64,000 nt of DNA, taken from the NCBI RefSeq assembly GCF_026914265.1, contig NC_069127.1:1617682-1681681 (forward strand), read 5' to 3'. Origin of the DNA: Mya arenaria. Lineage: Eukaryota. The translations under genes and the position numbers were made by a program. Positions 63,701 through 64,000 of this stretch are shown piece by piece (the stretch's first letter is position 1; every line of letters begins with the position of its first letter). The notes under the pieces are model-generated. The model was given only the letters and a program-made list of their open reading frames with translations, was not told the DNA's origin and made no database searches.

Positions 63701-64000
63701 TAAAATTAGCCCAACATTTATTACGACTGAAGTATAAATTCAAAACATTTACAGCGTACATGGGTATTTATGCATTTTTTAGTAAAATTATTATGTTTGA
63801 TCAACCAATTATGGATGATCATCGCACCATCACTACTAGACAAAAGTAATTATGCTTTATAACACCAGGTGTATTACATTCATTCACCAGTTCACCATTA
63901 CTGTTATGAATATCAATTAAGAGTATTCTTTTATTTATATCACAAGCGTATATCGGAGTAAACTGAATAGTAGATACTCACTGTCATCTAAGGAGTCCTT
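42510..64000 (-). CDS. long coiled-coil protein gene (32 or more exons, more than 1360 aa; 5' end beyond window end); centrosomal-type architecture, identity unresolved
   Basis: Thirty-two minus-strand exons have canonical GT-AG sites and fully consistent phases (listed below). The N-terminal roughly 500 aa is Ser/Pro/Lys-rich and low-complexity with a His run (SEKSEEDHHHHNNHGQGDRPRVHLPADSMDSFNTEDLLEEKGHQGKLGMDTLDELADKEKFFRDLENNADGTVDYGRLNQELSATAQTLSPEGAARNAATLAALKDIEDEEEETERPHTQLQSEK). The C-terminal roughly 850 aa is continuous heptad-rich coiled coil (for example GELESQARSYERQLEGQKLEYEQQLAELRQENFVLKAK; ENKRLYNEMKNLRQQSKQLEDQMFQENQKLLTEAANLR; ALERQYQGEVEKLKGKLKWYAENQELLDKGARKVKAREDEIHRLKMRLEELQTE; VERVQLEVSQCRVDIQRAVAEGEAALRRTQEAYEERLEQQRDSHQQEVKRLLAQNALEHSTSRMAELQSKVDTQE). 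It ends ...ILEVLRVLQKQGVVIPVTSTAVS*. A CEP131/AZI1-like identity is possible but unverified. Confidence 0.75.
43380..43529 (-). CDS. coiled-coil gene exon 31: VMIKHLREQQARLEVEAEAASMLRIKQTRLEETLKSLHRDLKEAKKSHTP
   Basis: Acceptor tctttgtcgtctag|GTG, donor ACTCCG|gtaaga. Confidence 0.8.
43852..44076 (-). CDS. coiled-coil gene exon 30: VERVQLEVSQCRVDIQRAVAEGEAALRRTQEAYEERLEQQRDSHQQEVKRLLAQNALEHSTSRMAELQSKVDTQE
   Basis: Acceptor tgatttgtcag|GTG, donor CAGGAG|gtaggt. Confidence 0.8.
44408..44577 (-). CDS. coiled-coil gene exon 29: (G)KRGKLGARGGNKGDDAAEFTSLPSASELQGKTYDAKVFQDTHISEVIQENDNLKMK
   Basis: Acceptor gtgtatttgtcag|GC, donor ATGAAG|gtatga. Confidence 0.75.
44865..45026 (-). CDS. coiled-coil gene exon 28: (A)KAESQTKETEAELRALVKTLQLEVEGKDHDIQVLQKSLDRLRKDRQLAITGDN
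   Basis: Acceptor ctttctttgcag|CT, donor GATAATG|gtaaac. The upstream intron (45027-46462) carries a Helentron-like composite element. Confidence 0.8.
45480..45895. mobile_element. second composite element of the same architecture (2 units of about 148 bp + (GACC)n microsatellite + G5/C5 hairpin), in intron 27 of the coiled-coil gene
   Basis: Units start at 45487 and 45637 (cctttcatgagttatcgtccggaaaccgtttttctatttttagtaacagtgaccttgaccttggccccaccagcccc...). The microsatellite gaccgaccgaccgacagaccgaccgac lies at 45815-45848. The hairpin is tataccccctcaaacttcgtttgtgggggtata (45860-45892). It shares the gaccttgacctt core and the gttatcg..cggaaac motif with the element at 40845-42105. Confidence 0.6.
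46463..46670 (-). CDS. coiled-coil gene exon 27: VQYEERIKELEIQLSIYQGQADHVHPHTHSVALERELESVRERYKQQIRDLQTEVDRLIAEASKAKKSD
   Basis: Acceptor ttacattccag|GTG, donor TCTGATG|gtaatt. Confidence 0.8.
47644..47775 (-). CDS. coiled-coil gene exon 26: ANQRTAYTEVLESRVSKLEKELEGKDTETNTLLRGVEQKYHSVK
   Basis: Acceptor aactatgtgcag|GCC, donor GTCAAG|gtatgt. Confidence 0.8.
48107..48202 (-). CDS. coiled-coil gene exon 25: VKEMEAILKRRNPNSLQSLMMTAAAAGDTNNQ
   Basis: Acceptor ccttgtgtatag|GTG, donor AACCAG|gtatgc. Confidence 0.75.
48430..48513 (-). CDS. coiled-coil gene exon 24: SGKRVEDSKVRARERAGDTKKIQDLQRQ
   Basis: Acceptor ttattctattaccag|TCT, donor GACAG|gtaacc. Confidence 0.75.
49077..49238 (-). CDS. coiled-coil gene exon 23: ALERQYQGEVEKLKGKLKWYAENQELLDKGARKVKAREDEIHRLKMRLEELQTE
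   Basis: Acceptor ttcctacatcag|GCA, perfect donor ACTGAG|gtgagt. Confidence 0.8.
49557..49706 (-). CDS. coiled-coil gene exon 22: QTCDALSREMGVLQHSRTELEKHVEKLVLEREQLQKTIEQNKTLKSEEAM
   Basis: Acceptor tgaatttgtag|CAA, donor GCCATG|gtatgt. Confidence 0.75.
50079..50214 (-). CDS. coiled-coil gene exon 21: (R)TQLEKKEAEYQNKGLITGPAAQQRLAAGNTGEAVAHLEGELGQAR
   Basis: Acceptor ccggttccag|G, donor GCTAGG|gtaggt. Confidence 0.7.
51060..51812 (-). repeat. degenerate 40-60-bp tandem array (about 14 units) that re-copies the tail and donor of coiled-coil gene exon 20
   Basis: The genuine junction CTCACAGAAGCAGCTAACCTCAG|gtatgcggggtgcagggttgacc is followed on the minus strand by successive decaying copies (ctcacagaNgctgcNaacctcNggta...gcagggatg), each keeping an AACCTCAGGTA-like pseudo-donor. 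The ORFs at 51056..51901 are artefacts. Confidence 0.8.
51813..51925 (-). CDS. coiled-coil gene exon 20: ENKRLYNEMKNLRQQSKQLEDQMFQENQKLLTEAANL(R)
   Basis: Acceptor cttgttcgtatatag|GAG, donor CCTCAG|gtatgc. The exon tail and donor are the founder of the roughly 750-bp degenerate array at 51060-51812. Confidence 0.75.
52175..52312 (-). CDS. coiled-coil gene exon 19: ISGEGDGVVKRRVLAGEPLEGLDKDQLEGLQKEVKEQETLIAGYQQ
   Basis: Acceptor tttctcatgtccag|ATA, donor CAGCAG|gtatga. Confidence 0.75.
52620..52855 (-). repeat. GT-rich roughly 25-40-bp tandem array that re-copies the exon 18 tail (CAAGGCCAAG|gtcagtgtgtgtg) of the coiled-coil gene
   Basis: There are at least six copies of (t)tcaaggccaaggtcagtg(tg)n on the minus strand, directly abutting the real donor at 52855. 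Confidence 0.8.
52856..52968 (-). CDS. coiled-coil gene exon 18 (start of coiled coil): (G)ELESQARSYERQLEGQKLEYEQQLAELRQENFVLKAK
   Basis: Acceptor cccattccctag|GC, donor GCCAAG|gtcagt. The donor sequence is re-copied in the downstream GT-rich array. Confidence 0.75.
53083..53250. mobile_element. MITE (about 168 bp) of the family seen at 3634-3715, in intron 17 of the coiled-coil gene
   Basis: Terminal inverted repeat tcgaaccccgttggctcgaattc ... gagttcgagccaacagggttcaa. It has internal ttcgagccaa reiterations. Confidence 0.6.
53568..53664 (-). CDS. coiled-coil gene exon 17: VKYSEDEPSVSASFKEKEQPEEDKDQVIASLK
   Basis: Acceptor gaaattttgtgcag|GTG, donor TTAAAG|gtcctg. Confidence 0.65.
53949..54085 (-). 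CDS. coiled-coil gene exon 16: (V)SFHHAGSQSSRQVKLGTMAATQLDASVESFAKYIKDHFAGMPAPQ
   Basis: Acceptor aaatatcacag|TA, donor CACAG|gtactg. Confidence 0.7.
54342..54488 (-). CDS. coiled-coil gene exon 15: (G)YKDTSASPAQSPAKVGRAGPSDVEGKKTKKGLSQKLWSPAEIAKNKII
   Basis: Acceptor tgttttaatcttcag|GA, donor TCATTG|gtatgt. Confidence 0.7.
54708..54857 (-). CDS. coiled-coil gene exon 14: (D)YSETLKWKHKAVKSSGYGQPFSPPKPPRDKNRDREKELLGYSRSHGTQE
   Basis: Acceptor tgtgttttcag|AC, donor GGAAG|gttgat. Confidence 0.65.
55338..55485 (-). CDS. coiled-coil gene exon 13: SVTERGRGKKKVGKDEKKRSGKGKSPKDGRKKGLGSTLDRSRSSSPMKI
   Basis: Acceptor ttgtctgctggcag|AGT, donor AAATTG|gtaagt. Confidence 0.7.
56207..56440. repeat. 69-bp tandem repeat (3.4 units) with tRNA-like motifs, in intron 12 of the coiled-coil gene
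   Basis: The plus-strand unit is ccactagaccactctcaccctggtgtggatcgaacccatgacctcttgtgtgagaggcagtcacctata. Its reverse complement contains GGTTCGATCC (T-loop-like) and TCTAGTGGTATAG (D-loop-like) but does not fold into a full cloverleaf. The ORF at 56203..56469 is an artefact. Confidence 0.7.
56674..56703 (-). CDS. coiled-coil gene micro-exon 12: SEDPAFQARH
   Basis: Acceptor tgttttatttag|TCG, perfect donor GACAT|gtaagt. The length is 30 nt and it is phase 0. Confidence 0.5.
56999..57107 (-). CDS. coiled-coil gene exon 11: (R)GGENSYSSQRGDSSYRGGFDTSHTEDTEMYQPVIEV
   Basis: Acceptor ttttttgtacag|A, donor GAAGTG|gtgggt. The donor was chosen to match the phase of the next exon. Confidence 0.55.
57914..58037 (-). 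CDS. coiled-coil gene exon 10: (S)LERQRNVAMEIEEARGFNLSPANPAHDIDYSNNNRGENSQ
   Basis: Acceptor tttttctggag|GT, donor ACAGAG|gtaata. Confidence 0.65.
58369..58467 (-). CDS. coiled-coil gene exon 9: (A)KQRNLTEIMKELEDFESKSGADRSLSPKSPRG
   Basis: Acceptor cctatcccag|CA, donor GGGGAA|gtaagt. Confidence 0.7.
58999..59157 (-). CDS. coiled-coil gene exon 8: (G)TNTSQEIEDFRKALERVGASATLGNDSQLELSFHSGGKGTEDLVKKLLKSNS
   Basis: Acceptor cttatag|GT, donor AACTCAG|gtacca. Confidence 0.65.
59935..60093 (-). CDS. coiled-coil gene exon 7: (V)SLMDSLESTMNTTTSPKVGRSTLREATLDETDSQGSRFPAYNSGPDTLKVDT
   Basis: Acceptor ctctgttccag|TT, donor GACACTG|gttcgt. Confidence 0.65.
60513..60549 (-). CDS. coiled-coil gene exon 6: EHSEQKPSMLSK
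   Basis: Acceptor ttattttccag|GAG, donor CTAAAG|gtaaga. Confidence 0.6.
61071..61256 (-). CDS. coiled-coil gene exon 5: DLENNADGTVDYGRLNQELSATAQTLSPEGAARNAATLAALKDIEDEEEETERPHTQLQSEK
   Basis: Acceptor ctctatcttgcag|GAT, donor GAGAAG|gtacat. Confidence 0.7.
61758..61843 (-). CDS. coiled-coil gene exon 4: (E)DLLEEKGHQGKLGMDTLDELADKEKFFR
   Basis: Acceptor ccctattgtag|AA, donor TTCAGG|gtaagg. Confidence 0.65.
62829..62875 (-). CDS. coiled-coil gene exon 3: PRVHLPADSMDSFNT
   Basis: Acceptor ttaatgttccag|G, donor ACACAG|gtaaca. Confidence 0.6.
63131..63188 (-). CDS. coiled-coil gene exon 2: (I)SEKSEEDHHHHNNHGQGD(R)
   Basis: Acceptor ccattttttcag|TC, donor GACAG|gtttgt. Confidence 0.6.
63982..64000 (-). 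CDS. coiled-coil gene exon (partial, runs off window end): KDSLDD, donor A|gtgagt
   Basis: The donor GTGAGT sits at 63976-63981. Its phase-1 end joins the next exon in frame. Confidence 0.5.

Noticed and set aside
1-64000. Possibility of a prokaryotic defence or accessory island
   Set aside because: The window shows pervasive GT-AG introns, ankyrin, TRP and parkin orthologues with vertebrate-like exon structure, poly(A) signals, and satellite DNA. It lacks operon-like ORF packing or RBS motifs, so it is not bacterial or archaeal.

Overview
This is eukaryotic nuclear DNA, AT-rich with GT-AG (and two GC-AG) introns; the repeat content suggests a bivalve mollusc. I call four spliced protein-coding genes. 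(1) A parkin-like RBR E3 ligase gene on the minus strand at 211..4388 (UBL, RING0, RING1 and IBR exons; the 3' end runs off the window start). (2) A 25-exon TRPA1-like ankyrin-repeat cation channel gene on the plus strand at 5099..23778, head-to-head with parkin across about 700 bp. (3) A six-exon secreted protein on the minus strand at 29702..34410 that resembles polysaccharide lyases of the PL14 / heparin-lyase-I-like family; this assignment is tentative. (4) A long coiled-coil protein gene with at least 32 exons on the minus strand at 42510..64000+ (the 5' end runs off the window; identity unresolved, centrosomal-type architecture). The introns and intergenic DNA are dense with tandem repeats: 23-, 51-, 40-, 37-, 55- and 24-bp units, including a 2.2 kb and a 4 kb satellite. 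There are at least three MITE families and two composite elements made of a satellite-like array, an ACGG-like microsatellite and a G5/C5 hairpin, typical of bivalve Helentron-associated (pearl/MgE/DTC84-like) elements. The most unusual recurring pattern is that in at least four introns a tandem array starts exactly at the 5' splice site and each unit re-copies the exon end plus the donor. All long ORFs in the supplied track that lie inside satellites are repeat-translation artefacts. There are no prokaryotic features and no CRISPR. Exon coordinates were read by hand and may be off by 1-3 bp.
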